In this document: positions 39,302 through 52,500 of the stretch, in pieces
How positions within the stretch are numbered: the first letter of the stretch is position 1
How the letters are laid out: the number at the start of each line of letters is the position of its first letter
Source: Negaprion brevirostris
Lineage: Eukaryota
Reading direction: 5' to 3'
DNA length: 64,000 nucleotides
Assembly: GCA_030324005.1 (NCBI GenBank)
Contig: JARDVH010000140.1
Coordinates: 17,423,070-17,487,069, forward strand
Made by a program: the position numbers and the translations under genes
Notes under the pieces: generated by a model
Told to the model about the DNA's origin: nothing
Seen by the model: the letters and a program-made list of their open reading frames with translations, nothing else
Databases searched by the model: none

Positions 39302-40087
39302 NNNNNNNNNNNNNNNNNNNNNNNNNNNNNNNNNNNNNNNNNNNNNNNNNNNNNNNNNNNNNNNNNNNNNNNNNNNNNNNNNNNNNNNNNNNNNNNNNNN
39401 NNNNNNNNNNNNNNNNNNNNNNNNNNNNNNNNNNNNNNNNNNNNNNNNNNNNNNNNNNNNNNNNNNNNNNNNNNNNNNNNNNNNNNNNNNNNNNNNNNNN
39501 NNNNNNNNNNNNNNNNNNNNNNNNNNNNNNNNNNNNNNNNNNNNNNNNNNNNNNNNNNNNNNNNNNNNNNNNNNNNNNNNNNNNNNNNNNNNNNNNNNNN
39601 NNNNNNNNNNNNNNNNNNNNNNNNNNNNNNNNNNNNNNNNNNNNNNNNNNNNNNNNNNNNNNNNNNNNNNNNNNNNNNNNNNNNNNNNNNNNNNNNNNNN
39701 NNNNNNNNNNNNNNNNNNNNNNNNNNNNNNNNNNNNNNNNNNNNNNNNNNNNNNNNNNNNNNNNNNNNNNNNNNNNNNNNNNNNNNNNNNNNNNNNNNNN
39801 NNNNNNNNNNNNNNNNNNNNNNNNNNNNNNNNNNNNNNNNNNNNNNNNNNNNNNNNNNNNNNNNNNNNNNNNNNNNNNNNNNNNNNNNNNNNNNNNNNNN
39901 NNNNNNNNNNNNNNNNNNNNNNNNNNNNNNNNNNNNNNNNNNNNNNNNNNNNNNNNNNNNNNNNNNNNNNNNNNNNNNNNNNNNNNNNNNNNNNNNNNNN
40001 NNNNNNNNNNNNNNNNNNNNNNNNNNNNNNNNNNNNNNNNNNNNNNNNNNNNNNNNNNNNNNNNNNNNNNNNNNNNNNNNNNNNNNN

Positions 40088-40300
40088 TGCATTTATATAG
40101 CACTCTTCACAATCACAGGACATCCAATTGCATCTTACAGCCAAATAAGAACTTTTTGAAGGGTGGTCACAGTTGACATGTAGCAAGCAATAGCCCATTT
40201 GTGTGCAAGTTTCCACAAACAGCAACAAAATACATTAGCAGATAATCCAGCATTTTTTCCCCAGTAATTTAGGTTGAGAAACAAGTATTGGCTTAGACAC
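40088..40300 (-). mobile_element. DeuSINE (SacSINE1/AmnSINE1-like) 3' half
   Basis: tgcatttatatagc tail and ttccacaaacagcaa...agataatc...aggttgag...tattggc are the reverse complement of the recalled Deu-domain SINE 3' region. Confidence 0.65.
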
Positions 40301-40759
40301 AGTTAAACAAGCTAGAGAAGCTCATTTACAAACAAAACGGACCTTAGTAACCAGGGCATGGGACAGGGAGATGCAAAAAGTGCGAGTTACTGGGGCCCAT
40401 GATTTGGGGGAAGCAGGCTAAGACAACATGATCCCTCTCTGAAGCGACCACCTCAATGCCCCAGAGACACATGACCATATCCACAAGTTGCACTAACTTT
40501 GAAACCTGACCAAGTCAACAGGGTGGTGTTCTAATTGCCCAACTCCAGAGAGATTAACTGACAGGCACAGCAGTACCAGTGCACCTTCTCTCCCCAGGCC
40601 TCGGCCAGTCCTTGTGCTGTGATCAGAGCTTACATTTAGCAGCTCAGATGAACAAGATGCAGCACTGCCCTTGGGTCAGTGATGCAGAAGTGAGTAGGTA
40701 AAAGTTGCTTTGCCACCTCCAAATGGATTTACAGGAATAGCAACATGATAGAGACGTAG

Positions 40760-42530
40760 TTGACTTTAAAATGTCCTCTGAAATAGATCAAGCCATTCAA
40801 TTGCATCTAACCCCTGTAAACAAGGAGGAAGGAAACTGGATGGGTTACCTAGCATCAACCTAGAGACTAGTAACACAGCAAATCCAGCCTTATCGAAATT
40901 ACTAACATCTGAGGGTTTGTGCCAAAACTGGTAGAGCTGTTCCAGACTAATCAAGCAACAGCCTGATAATCGTTCTCAGAATTATAACTTAATAGACAAT
41001 GTACCAGATACCATTACTACCCACTGACAGGTAAGACCTAGTATTGGTAGCAACAGTTATACACAGTTGGGATGGAATGGCCCTGGAGTTCTCAACATCA
41101 ACTCAGGAGGACTCCATTGACATTTCATGGCATCAGGTCAAAGGGCAAGGAAGCCTCCTACTTACTACCATCCCTCCCCCTCTAGCTAATGAACTAACAA
41201 GGAGGAAGAATTACTTGTCATCACCAATCTACCTGTCGCAGGTACATCTGTTCATAACAATATTGGTTGGAGTGGCCATCGCACTCTCTTTGTGAAGACA
41301 AAGTGCCATCTGCACATTGAGGATACTCATCATGTTGAGTGGCACCACCATTATGCTAAATGGGATAGATTTCAAACAGATCTAGCAACTCGAGATTAAG
41401 CATTCATGATGTGTTGAGGACCATCGGCAGCAGCAGACTTGTGCTCCAGAATTAGCTGCTCCTTTAGCCAAGTTCTTTCAGCACAGCTTCAACACTGGCA
41501 TCTACCCAGCAATGTGGAAAGCTGCCCAAGTGTTTCCTGTCCACAAAAGCAAGCCAATTAGCACCTCATCAGTCTACTTGCAATCATGCACAAAGTGATG
41601 TTAGGAGTCCAACAATGCTATCAAGCTGCCTCAGTTTGGGTTCTACCACTGCAGCTTCTGACTACATTACTGCGTTAGTCAAAATGGACAGAAAAGTTGA
41701 ACTCGGCCACATTTGACTGAGTGTGGCATTAGGGAGCCCAAGCAATACTGAAGTCAATGGAAACCAAGGGGAATGCCAAAGCTGGAGTCACACCTCACAC
41801 AAAGGATAATCACTGTGGTTGATGGAGGTCAATCATTTCAATGCCAGTACTTGGCTATAGAAATCCCACAGGGTACTGTCCTAGGCCCAACCTTCTTACC
41901 TACTTTATCAATGACATTCCCTCCAACATAAAGGTCAGATGTGCACATGTTCTCTGATAATCATACAATGTTCAACACCATTCATGACTCCTGAAATACT
42001 AAGGCAATCTGTGCCCATTTGAGACAAGGCCTGAACAAGACCTGCACTAAGTATTAACAATTGCACATCTAAGTGCCAGTATCTATGATCTAACACGAGA
42101 GAACCCAACCATCAACCCCTGGCATATAATAGCATTACCATGACTGAAGCTCTCACTGTCAACATCAACGGGGTTATTGTTGACTAGAAACTGAACTGGA
42201 TAAGTCTTATAAATAGAGACTATGCAAACAGGTCAGAAGCTGGGGATTCTGTGACATATAGCTCATCTCTTGACTCCCCAAAGCGTATCCACCATCTATA
42301 ATGGAATACTTTCCAATTGCCTGGATGAGTACAGCTCCAAAACATTCAAGAAGCTTGACACCATCTAGGAAAAAGTAACCTATTTGATTAGTACCCCATC
42401 CATCAACTTCAACATCCACCACCATCACCACAGTGGCAGCAGCATGCACCAACTACAAAATGCATTGCGACAACTCACCAAGGTTCCTGAGACAGCACCA
42501 TCAAAACCTGCAACCTCTACCACTGAGAAG
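40760..42530 (+). mobile_element. Long decayed CR1/L2-group LINE (endonuclease and RT remnants, second family)
   Basis: ctggcatctacccagcaatgtggaaa (GIYP.MWK), cagtttgggttc (QFGF), ccacagggtactgtcctaggccca (PQG.VLGP). Confidence 0.8.
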
Positions 42531-43019
42531 GGCCTGCATGAAGGTCTTTTGCTACTTTAAAATTTGGAACTGAAACGAGGAGACTTGCGCCAATCAAATA
42601 CATCACTGAGTTTAAGACATTCTCACTTGTACATGGGACTATTGTCCATGTTGCTTGTGTCTGTTGGGTATTGTGGTCTGGACATAGCTTAGGGCCGGGT
42701 TCAAAGAAGCAAAATTGTTTGCATGATATAAATGACCAAGTTGTGTGCAATCGTCTGACAAAGCTGTGGTTGTAAAGTGTATCATAATAAAAACTGTGCT
42801 TTCATGGGCTTTATAAAAGAGCCTTTAGAGTACAAAAGCTATAAAGTTTTGCTGAACCTATATAAAATATGTTGACCCCTATTGTGACCCTGTTCCAGCA
42901 TCATTCCTTTAACAAACTAGTACCAGATTAATATATGGATATAGTTAGAAAAGACTTGTTTATATCTGACATCTGTGTTTGCACCTATTTTAGGTACTGG
43001 AAAGTAGAATTTAAAAAAG

Positions 43020-43282
43020 CCTACTACAGAAGGACGCTATTCGGCCCATTGAGCCTGCACTAACAATAGCCCCTTTACCCATGCATTTACCCTGTCAGTC
43101 TCCCTGACACTAAGGGGCAATTTTAGCATGGCCCATCCACCTGACCTGAACGCATTTGGAGTGTGGGAAGAAACCCACACAGACAGGGGGAGAACGTGCA
43201 AACTCCACACAAATCACCCAAGGTGGGAATTGAATCTGGGTCCTGGTGCTGTGAAGCAGCACTGCTAACCACTGTGCCACTG
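43020..43282 (-). mobile_element. HE1/V-SINE-like SINE with CR1-type tail
   Basis: gcagcactgctaaccactgtgcca head, gagaacgtgcaaactccacac V-domain, ctactacagaagg..attcggcccattgag tail. Confidence 0.85.
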
Positions 43283-43329
43283 GGCTCTAATTTCTCATTC
43301 CGGAAGCCATTCTAGCAACCTCTTCTGAA

Positions 43330-43800
43330 CTTCAGGAGGGATTGCTAGAATGGTTTCAGGAATGAGAGGTTACAGAGAAGCTGTGGCTGGTCTCTTTTGA
43401 GCTGAGAAGCCCAAGGAGGTTTGACGGTGTGAATGAAATTTTGAAGGGTTCAGATAGACTAACTAGAGACTGTTTCCAAAGGCTGAAGGATTGATAATCA
43501 GACAGCCATGATTTAACTTCATTCAATTTGATTGATAAAAGAATTAGAGCTGACACGAAGAAAATCTTTTATTCCAAGAGTGGTTAGGATTTGGAATGTA
43601 CTTCCTCCCTGACATTGAGGAGGATACAGGTTCAAATTAGTGTTCAAAAAGAAATTACATAAATAAATGAAGAGGAAATAGGGAAAGAACAGGTTGGGGC
43701 AAGGGGTGATGTGCGGTAAGACTCACTGGATTTGGGTTCAAAAGAACAGATGCAAATTTCAGTTGACTGAATGGCTTCTTTCTGAACTGCACTATTGTAC
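43330..43800 (+). mobile_element. Old CR1 3' fragment
   Basis: ctagaatggtttcaggaatgag...gagtggttaggatttggaatg...gactgaatggcttctttctg. Confidence 0.7.
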
Positions 43801-44499
43801 TATATAGGATCAAAGGCACATCACAAAATTACTCAATAGGGTTGAAAGGTGAAGGGGTGTGGTGGTGCAGAATCATCAGCCCAGAAACAAGAGAAGCAGA
43901 AGCCCATGATGTGCCTCCCTGGCTTTGCTAAGTGTCATCCAAACAAAAATTGTACTGATCAAATTCAAGAATGTGTTATTTGAATACTCTAATCACTGAT
44001 TCAATTCTGCTTCCACAAGTCAGAGCCAGAAAGCAGAGACAAAAGGGAACTTGCAAAATGGAAACTGCCTTATGGAGATTGACATCTGCTGCAGAAACTT
44101 AAAATTTGTCTTTACGATCCACGTAAAGACAAGAAAATGGGCCTCAGCTCCACTGTCAAACGTTAAAATGCAATCCAACAAAACCTAAAGGTGATTACAA
44201 TTACTTGGTTATACTTAACAAAACCACTTTCAGAATGGAGTTTACTTGCTAGAGATGTAGAGGCAAAATACCCAACCCTTCAACTCAGGTAAGGCTTAGA
44301 GGAAAAAAGCAGTGGGGGCTGAGTTCAGCTTTTCCCTCTCTCAACAATGGAACACCATATTCTTGAAAGAAAACGATCTTACTGTTACTTTCAGAACACA
44401 ATAGATCATGGGACAAGTGAAAGTTAACAAATATCAGTACAGGTTCAAAAATTGGCTAGGTTTTTCATACAGAAAGAGCAGAAAGAACTTGTATTTCTA

Positions 44500-44990
44500 T
44501 GATGACTTTTAAATTGCGGCACTTCCAAAAGTACATTCCAATAGGTTACTTTTGAAATGGAGTTACTCATAAGCAAATGCTGCAGCCAATTTTCATAGAA
44601 AGATTCCACAAACAGCAAATGAACAGCTACATCTTGTTGCAATCTCTCCCAGCTACTGGATAGTATCCAACACATTATCTGAACTTAAAGAGAAGGAAAA
44701 AGAGTCAAATGGACTCAAAACATTAACTGTTTTCTCTCCCACAGATGCTGCCAGACCTGCGGAGTTTTTTTGCTTCAGATTCCAGCATCAGCAGTATTTT
44801 GCTTATTTCACAGTTTTTTTGTGAAAAGAATAATGCTCGTTTAGGCATACACTTCATATTTGAACAGTGTCATCAGATTGCTCAGATACATCTTTAATGT
44901 AGGTTTAGTGTCATCTCCAAAAAACAGCATCTCTTAAAATGCAGTACACCCTCACTGCTGTGATCTTATCTGCCATAGGACTTGGAACAG
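44500..44990 (-). mobile_element. Decayed DeuSINE interrupted by a Penelope terminal-repeat fragment (about 44690-44810, +)
   Basis: gcagccaattt...ttccacaaacagcaa and ggtttagtgtcatc...tgcagtacaccctca flank attaactgttttctctcccacagatgctgccagacctgc...ccagcatcagcagtattttgct. Confidence 0.6.
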
Positions 44991-45546
44991 TTTTCTGCAT
45001 CAAAGAACATGAGTGCTACAGACTAAACAAAGCTGATGTTTGTGAAAAGTTTAATTTAATTACACTACTTGCAACATGCATGTGGATGTCTGAGGAACAA
45101 TTCTTCTGGTCACAAGTTAAGAATTTGTGCTTTTTGTCACCCATAATAAAGATTACAAATTTCTGCTATGTGTGCATAACTAACCAACCAATTTCATAAA
45201 ACTGCTGCTTAAAATAAAAGCATCCTTAGCATTCATTGAGGATCTTTTACGGGAAGGTACAGGATTCACTTAATTATTCCGGTTTGAACACATTTCCTTC
45301 CTTTTAGATTTCTTGCTTAACTTTGTGTTCCTCAAAAATCGAGAGAATGTCACAATTTCTACTACCTTTTGCACTGAGGTCAGCTGGGCTAAAGATGAGG
45401 CAATGTTATATCTATCTTACCCCAACAAGAATCTCCAATCTCAAACAAGCGTCTTCCTTTGTACCATTAAAATGTCCGTTTTCTCTCACTATCAGTGAAG
45501 GTTCCACAAAGGAAATTTCCCATGCAGATTCAAATGCAGAATGAAG

Positions 45547-45662
45547 CAAATTTCACTCAGAACCTTTAACAGCTGCCAAAGAAACTTTCATCCCATCTGT
45601 CTAAATGAAATTTGAACCAAGGTCCCAGACGTGAAGAGAACTGCCACGTTACTGGCACTGCA
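45547..45662 (-). mobile_element. LF-SINE-like tRNA-derived SINE 5' fragment
   Basis: The - strand reads ttcacgtctgggaccttggttcaaat...gaaagt...gctgtt...gtgaaat, collinear with the recalled LF-SINE 5' region. Confidence 0.5.
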
Positions 45663-48600
45663 ATGGAGGGAATTAAATTTGATTGCTTTCATTTTGGTTT
45701 CATTCTCCTCTCTGATGTACTCGTTATCCACAATAGCCTTTTAAGCATTTTAGAGACAGGTTCAAAAAAACGATTCTTCCATGCTATCATTGAAAGCACT
45801 TTGTTCCTCTTAATTCAGAAACAAACCTAAAATTATTTCATTTCTTTGAATTACATTTTCTTCATCTTACTGTATTTATGTTGCCTAATTTTAATAAGCA
45901 ATAGTTAAAATTTTTATTGCAAAAATATTATTAGGAATGGTCTGTTGGTGCAGCTCTTTGAGCAAGCTAAAAACAGTCAGCCATACACGGTCATACTGTT
46001 TGCCATGAACTACCGAACAGCAGTGCAGTTCCAGCCTTGAAAAATGGTGTTTTTTAATCCAAAATGGCTCACCAATGCCTGCTCCTGAGGGGGGCAATGA
46101 ATACGCACCAAGTCAGCGACACTCATGAGAATTTACTTTTTTTTGAAGTGCAGTTGCCTGGCTTTTTGAAGCTCCAGCCCTACTATACGAGTGGCAATGA
46201 GGGGCTTTTCCACTTAAATGAATTTTCTCCATGAAAAGTTATGAGTTATTTCTTTATTATTTCACGTGGCTGAAATTCATCTCGTCTTAATGGTGTGCAG
46301 ACAATGCCACGGGTGAAAAGATGTATAAAAATAAATAAAAATAATTAAGATACTCCATAGGAAATAATTTTATGTTGAGAATTTACAGTCGATTTCCTCA
46401 AGTCAAACAATTACAATCCACTGACCTTTAGCTTGCATTGCAAGCATATAGAAAATACAGCACAGCAACAGGCCACGTGGCCAAATCAGTCCGTGTCAGC
46501 ATTCATACTCAAATGCTCTTTTGGAGAGTTGCAGATTTGATGGGCCGAATGGCATTCTTTATACTGTTGGGATTCTATGATTCACTCCAACTATTGGTTA
46601 AAGTAGTTTCTTTTGAATTCCCTATTTGATTTCTTGCTGACTTTCTTGCATTGATGACACTTATTTTTGCTCTTTCCCAAAAGTAGACATACTGCCTACT
46701 CCATCAAATCCCTTTGCAATTATGGAGTCCTTCACTAAGTTCAAAAGATGTCCAAATGATGTCCAAAGATGTGCAGGTTAGGTGGACTGGCCAGGGTAAT
46801 GCAGAATCATGGGACAGGGTATGGGGGCNNNNNNNNNNNNNNNNNNNNNNNNNNNNNNNNNNNNNNNNNNNNNNNNNNNNNNNNNNNNNNNNNNNNNNNN
46901 NNNNNNNNNNNNNNNNNNNNNNNNNNNNNNNNNNNNNNNNNNNNNNNNNNNNNNNNNNNNNNNNNNNNNNNNNNNNNNNNNNNNNNNNNNNNNNNNNNNN
47001 NNNNNNNNNCCCCACTCTCTGCCTCCTATTTGACAACTAATCCTCTATCCACGCTAACACCCTACCCCCAACTCCATGCCCCCTTAAACATACTGATGGC
47101 TTTCAGTCAGAAACAGATGGGAAATAGTTACAATTTAAAGTTTGCATAATTTCAAGTCAGTAACTAAGAAAGAGAAATTGATAATAAGGCCCGTTCAGCC
47201 CCTCTACTACAGATAGACTGGACTTTGTGATAGTCCAACCTCATTCTTACATCCAGCCTCTAGTGTGAAGTCACTCACTATACAAAGATCCACAAGTTTT
47301 TGCAAAATGTTTGCCCCTACATATCCTTATGTCTCTGACTGATTCTAGTTTTAAACTTTTGTTGTTTGTCTCAATTTATTGGAATGGAAGTTAGACTATC
47401 AGTTTTATTTCTAAAAATACCCTTGAGAAAAATCAACGAGGCAAAATCAGGGAAGGATGAGCAGGCGGTGTCTTTTCTCTTGAAAAAGGCCGAAGGGTGA
47501 CCCACAGACCCATAAAATCCCTACAGTGCGGAAGGTGGCCATTTAGCCCACCGGGGCCCATCAACTCTCTGAAAGACCATTTTACACTTAAGAATACAGC
47601 TAGTTGTATTGCATGCAAAATCTATTAGAAATGTATTTAACCAAAGAATAATTAGGATGTAGGAGGCAATAGCATAGATGCACTTATGGGGAAACCAAAT
47701 ATGTATATGACTTATTAGAAAGATTTGATGATCAGGTTAGATTAAGAAGAGTAAGAGGAGGCTCACATGGAGCGCATCCTGGTTGTGAGGAATATTACAA
47801 TTCTGGAAGGTTATTTCAACACAAGTTCAAAATCCACTTTATTTGTGGGCCCCCGGGGACGACTTTAATGTTAAAAAAGCTATATCAATGCAAGTTGATT
47901 CAAACAGAAAAATATGTTACAGCTTTTCTCAAAACAGACCATGATAATATGGTCACACTACGTATGAATTATCTCTCATTTGTAGCACTGAATGGAATTC
48001 ACTAATGATAATGCTGTGTAAGGGTGACAGATCAGCCTGCACTGCATACTTAAACTATGTCAGAAGTATTTGCGTAGATACCACTGCTCCTATTGTGGAC
48101 AATCCAATTGCTTTAGTGGTTACAATTGCTTAACAATGAGATGATGCAATGGATTCATACTGCAGCAGACTCTGAACACCATAAACACAGGATTACTCCT
48201 GTACATTCAGTGATAATAACCGGAGATTCCTAGTTCATTCTAGAGCACTTTGGAAAAAAAAATCTTTAGTTATGGAGTATTGAACTTGGTAATTGATATA
48301 ACATGTAACTGAACATGGTGGAAAATCTATCAATATTCTTTGCTTATACAAAGTAATTGTTAACAGGGTTTATAATGTAAAATGGGCACTTCCGTTCTGT
48401 AGCCTTTTAAATTCCAAGTAGAAAGGACAGAAATTTTAATTGCACCAGTACCATCTTGAAAATGTCATGTTCTATAGATTTAGTTTAATAGGCTCTATTT
48501 GTTTGTTAATTGATTTTAAAATGCTGCATACAGATTTGCCACTGAATAGCAAGTGCTGAGGACACGCGAACGAGACGTTTCGCCCCGGTGGGGGGGGGGG

Positions 48601-49307
48601 GGGNNNNNNNNNNGCTGAGGACACGCGAAAGAGAAGTTTAACCCCGGTCCCCCCCCCCCCCCCCTCCAGTAACATATTTATAAGTTAGATGATTTCACTG
48701 ACTTAATACTTATTAATTATTATTCAGCTCCACCATTCTCAACTGATTTTCATCATTGTCATTTTTTGGTTGCGTTGAAAATGTTGCCAAGTACTGACAG
48801 CATTATGCCACGTACGTGCTGTGCAAATGGCTCGAACTGTGGTCAACGCAAGAATTACCCCATTCCTACAATTAGGTGGGGGAAGCAAATAGCAATGATT
48901 TGAAATGCTATGGAACATGTTCCCACATGCCTGATATCAAATTATGTTTAAATAGCAAAACAGATTAGCACATTAAGAAAAGGAAAGCTAAATACAAAAC
49001 TTAGAACTCATTTTACCCTTCGACACACACAGAAGGAATTGCTTCCAGTTGCAGATTTAATACAATCTTTTCCCCACATATCCAATACTTAAGCTCCACC
49101 AAAGCATTTTAAGCTATCCAGCAACATAAAACTGCACTTTCACATTCCAACTCAGTAAAGCATAAATGGTTGTGAAGGTGGAATTTGCACACCTTTTTGA
49201 AAATTAGCTTTCCACAACATAGCGTAATTGCCCAAGGTATTATCTTTGGCACACTTAAAGCTACGGTAGATTGCAAATTTGGCACACTTATTCTAATATA
49301 CAAGTTC

Positions 49308-49593
49308 ATTTATTAGTGTCACAAGCAGGCTTACATTAACAATGCAATGAAGTTACAGTGAGAATCCCTCAGTCATCACACTCCAGTGCTTGTTCGGGGA
49401 CACTGAGGGGGAATTTAACATATCCAATGCACCTAACTAGCACATCTTTCGGATTGTGGGAGGAAACAGGAGCACGGGAGGAAACCCATGAAGACACAGG
49501 CAAAACATGCAGACTCCACATAGACAGTGATCCAAGTGGGTAATTGAACCCAGGTCCCTGTGCTGTGAAGCAGCAGTGCTACCCACCATGCCA
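49308..49593 (-). mobile_element. V-SINE-like SINE with the same non-CR1 tail as 29165
   Basis: tttattagtgtcacaag.aggcttacattaaca.tgcaatgaagttac...caatgcacctaac.agcacatctttc.ga.tgtgggaggaaac shared with the 29165 copy. Confidence 0.85.
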
Positions 49594-52500
49594 TCCTTCT
49601 TGAACTTTAGCAGTTTATCTATTTTGTAATACTCCAAAGAAATCACAAGTAATCCTATGGGTGGGAGTTCTAATACATTGTTAGAATTCATTAGGAGTTG
49701 CTTATAAAATGAAGAGTCTCTAATTACAACTGAAAGCATATTCTTCTCTAGAAACATCAATATTCAATGGCTTTGAGGTCATTCTTTCCCTTCCAATCAA
49801 TTGTTCCCTTGTCTGAAGTCAGTAGTTAATGCTGCAATATTGTTCCAAAGCACCAGCATCCCCCAGGTATCTTGCCTAAGTATACTTCAAGGGCAAGTCT
49901 AGGCAGATTAGACATTGACGCAACCGTAGCCAACCACGATCCTGTCAATACACTTGCTACCAGAAAGTCACTGGATATCAATGTGGTACATAAAGTATAC
50001 ATTTTTTCTTCTTTCTGGCTCAGGAATATCAGAACCAATTTAATACCACCACCAGGTGCAGCATGATAACTGAATGCAACCCAGGGATCTAACTGGGCAT
50101 TTAATTCATCTGTTTAGTTCAGTAGTATAAACTGCTGTGCTGCTCAGCCCCATTCATGCTGCTTCAAAGATACCCAAGGGGATCAGTGTAAAGGGCAAGA
50201 TTGACAAATGACAAACTGTGCAGAAAGTGAAAACAATTGGTGCACTGAATACAGACCTAGTCTCTCGGTCAAAAATTGTGCTTTAAAACCTACATGCCAT
50301 ATACTGTAAATACAAATAATTTTACAATTTGCATCTGGTTGCTCATCATAACCTAGCAAGAATAGAATATATTCTGTAACCACAATCTACTGGGGGATAA
50401 GGTCAGTAATCTGGTACCCTGATCCATTTTAAATCATGAGGATTCCATGGCAGTAGCATATCTGTACTAAAAATCTTGATTTTTTTTTAAAAGTGAGCTC
50501 ATTGTCATTATATGCCAAATCCAGGATATCACTGCGCCACCCCTTCATTACAAAATCATTTTTGTGCCAAACTGACAACTGATGACTTAGTTCAGGTATT
50601 CCCAAATTGGGTTCCATGGAACTCTGGAAAGGGTGAAGAACTGAGGTAGCAACCAATTTTTCTCTCCTAGCATTACTTATATTTGATGATAGTTTGCTAT
50701 TCGTTTTGGAGGCTCAGCCAAAGCCATCTCTCCAAATGCACTTTATAGATTTACCACTGAGCTGTGGCTTTCACTGGCAGCAGCTGCATTGTAAATGTGA
50801 CTCTTTGCAAAGTTGTTTGACTTATTGTATGTTAATATAATATTCTTTCTTCAGCATTTGTCTTCATCTCCACTATTCCCACTCTGTGGACTCTGTCTCC
50901 TTAATTCAGCGGATGCCCAGCCAAAAATATGCAAGTGTGAAATTTCAGTTTGCTTGATTGTGTTCAGGCTTTAGTCAAACTACCACTAACTCAGCTCATT
51001 TGTGGTTTAATTTTCTCAATTAATATCTGTTTTTTAAAAAATCTATAATAATTTTAGAGAGTCAGCATTTTGTCAATTGACATTATTCAATTTGTTTTAA
51101 TGCTTCCCTGGAGATTTTAAACATATTTAAACACCAAGGGGATCCAATACTGGTCAGGAAATTGCATTCTATCAAGGGTCTTCCATCAACCACAAATCGC
51201 TAATAGCCACTTGTAAGAGACTATTTGTAAAATATTCCTGCATAACCCCAAGGACACAAATTGGAAGACCACAGTATAATTGGCACCAAACAGTATTAAA
51301 GAAACACTGGAACAACAGTGGACTCTTCATCCCTTTGAACCTATTCTGCCATTCAACAAGGTAATGGCTGATCTGTGACCAAGTGCCATGAATCAAAACC
51401 CATCAGGGGCCGGATACAATTACTTCCCATTTTTAATGACTGCAATGAGTTAAAAAGGGCAATAGCTGCTTCAATCATTAAAAAATTCACTGGCAGCCTG
51501 ATGTAGGTGTATAAAGTTATGAAAATCTGTGCACAAAGCTCCATCCTGGCTCTCATTCGGTAAGTATCTAACCAGGATATACTAGTAACTGTTACCCAAT
51601 TGCACCATTGTTAAAGATGCACCAGCACACTACTGCTGCCAGTAATAATAAGCGGGATGTTGCATAGTTCCATACGGGCAATTCAGGCTGGGCATTTAAT
51701 TTGACCTGGAAATACTGTCAAGTGACTTTTTATATTAAAAGATGAGGATTATGGCATAATAGTATGTGACATGCCATAAGCAAAACAGAAACACTCTCCT
51801 AAAAAATCTCGAGTAAGAATAAATTGGGCTAATGTTGAATTCTGCATGCATTTGAGTTTTTGTTTACTGTTTTAGTAAAATATTCACTTAAATAGTAGTG
51901 AAATTGTGAGCTTAACAATACACGTAAAGGGAGGTAACATTGATCTTGAAATGCACCAATTCGGAGAAAATAAGTGTAATCTCATTTGGGACAGGTCAGT
52001 TTTACACCCGATGATCCCAAAAGCTTTCCTGCTGTAAAATATGAGCAGAATGCTGTGATCTTAAGTTGCACTGACTCCTATTTTATTATCCATGTTATGG
52101 TTCCAAACAGCTTTAATCATGTTATTCTTAATTTCATAAGGGAGGAACTACACCTTATCAACCTTTCCCAACATATCATTTGGATAAAAATATCGCTATT
52201 AATGAAACAGGTGTAGAAAGACTGCAACTGAACTTTGTTGACCAATTAAGATTACTCACCATGAAAGGTTGCGTGCAAAATAAACGGAGGTGAAATTTAT
52301 TGCACCAAAATTGTTTACGGCATCACAAACACGAGCTGGTTGTTAAAGAACAAAGAACAACCCAGCACGGGAAACAGGCCCTTCGACCCAACGAGCCCGC
52401 GCCGCCATCACCCTACACCTANNNNNNNNNNNNNNNNNNNNNNNNNNNNNNNNNNNNNNNNNNNNNNNNNNNNNNNNNNNNNNNNNNNNNNNNNNNNNNN

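Noticed and set aside
48554-48670. Duplicated gctgaggacacgcgaa followed by poly-G and then poly-C (G-quadruplex or hairpin candidate)
   Set aside because: It straddles a 10-N gap with low-quality-looking ends, most likely a sequencing or assembly artefact at a homopolymer.
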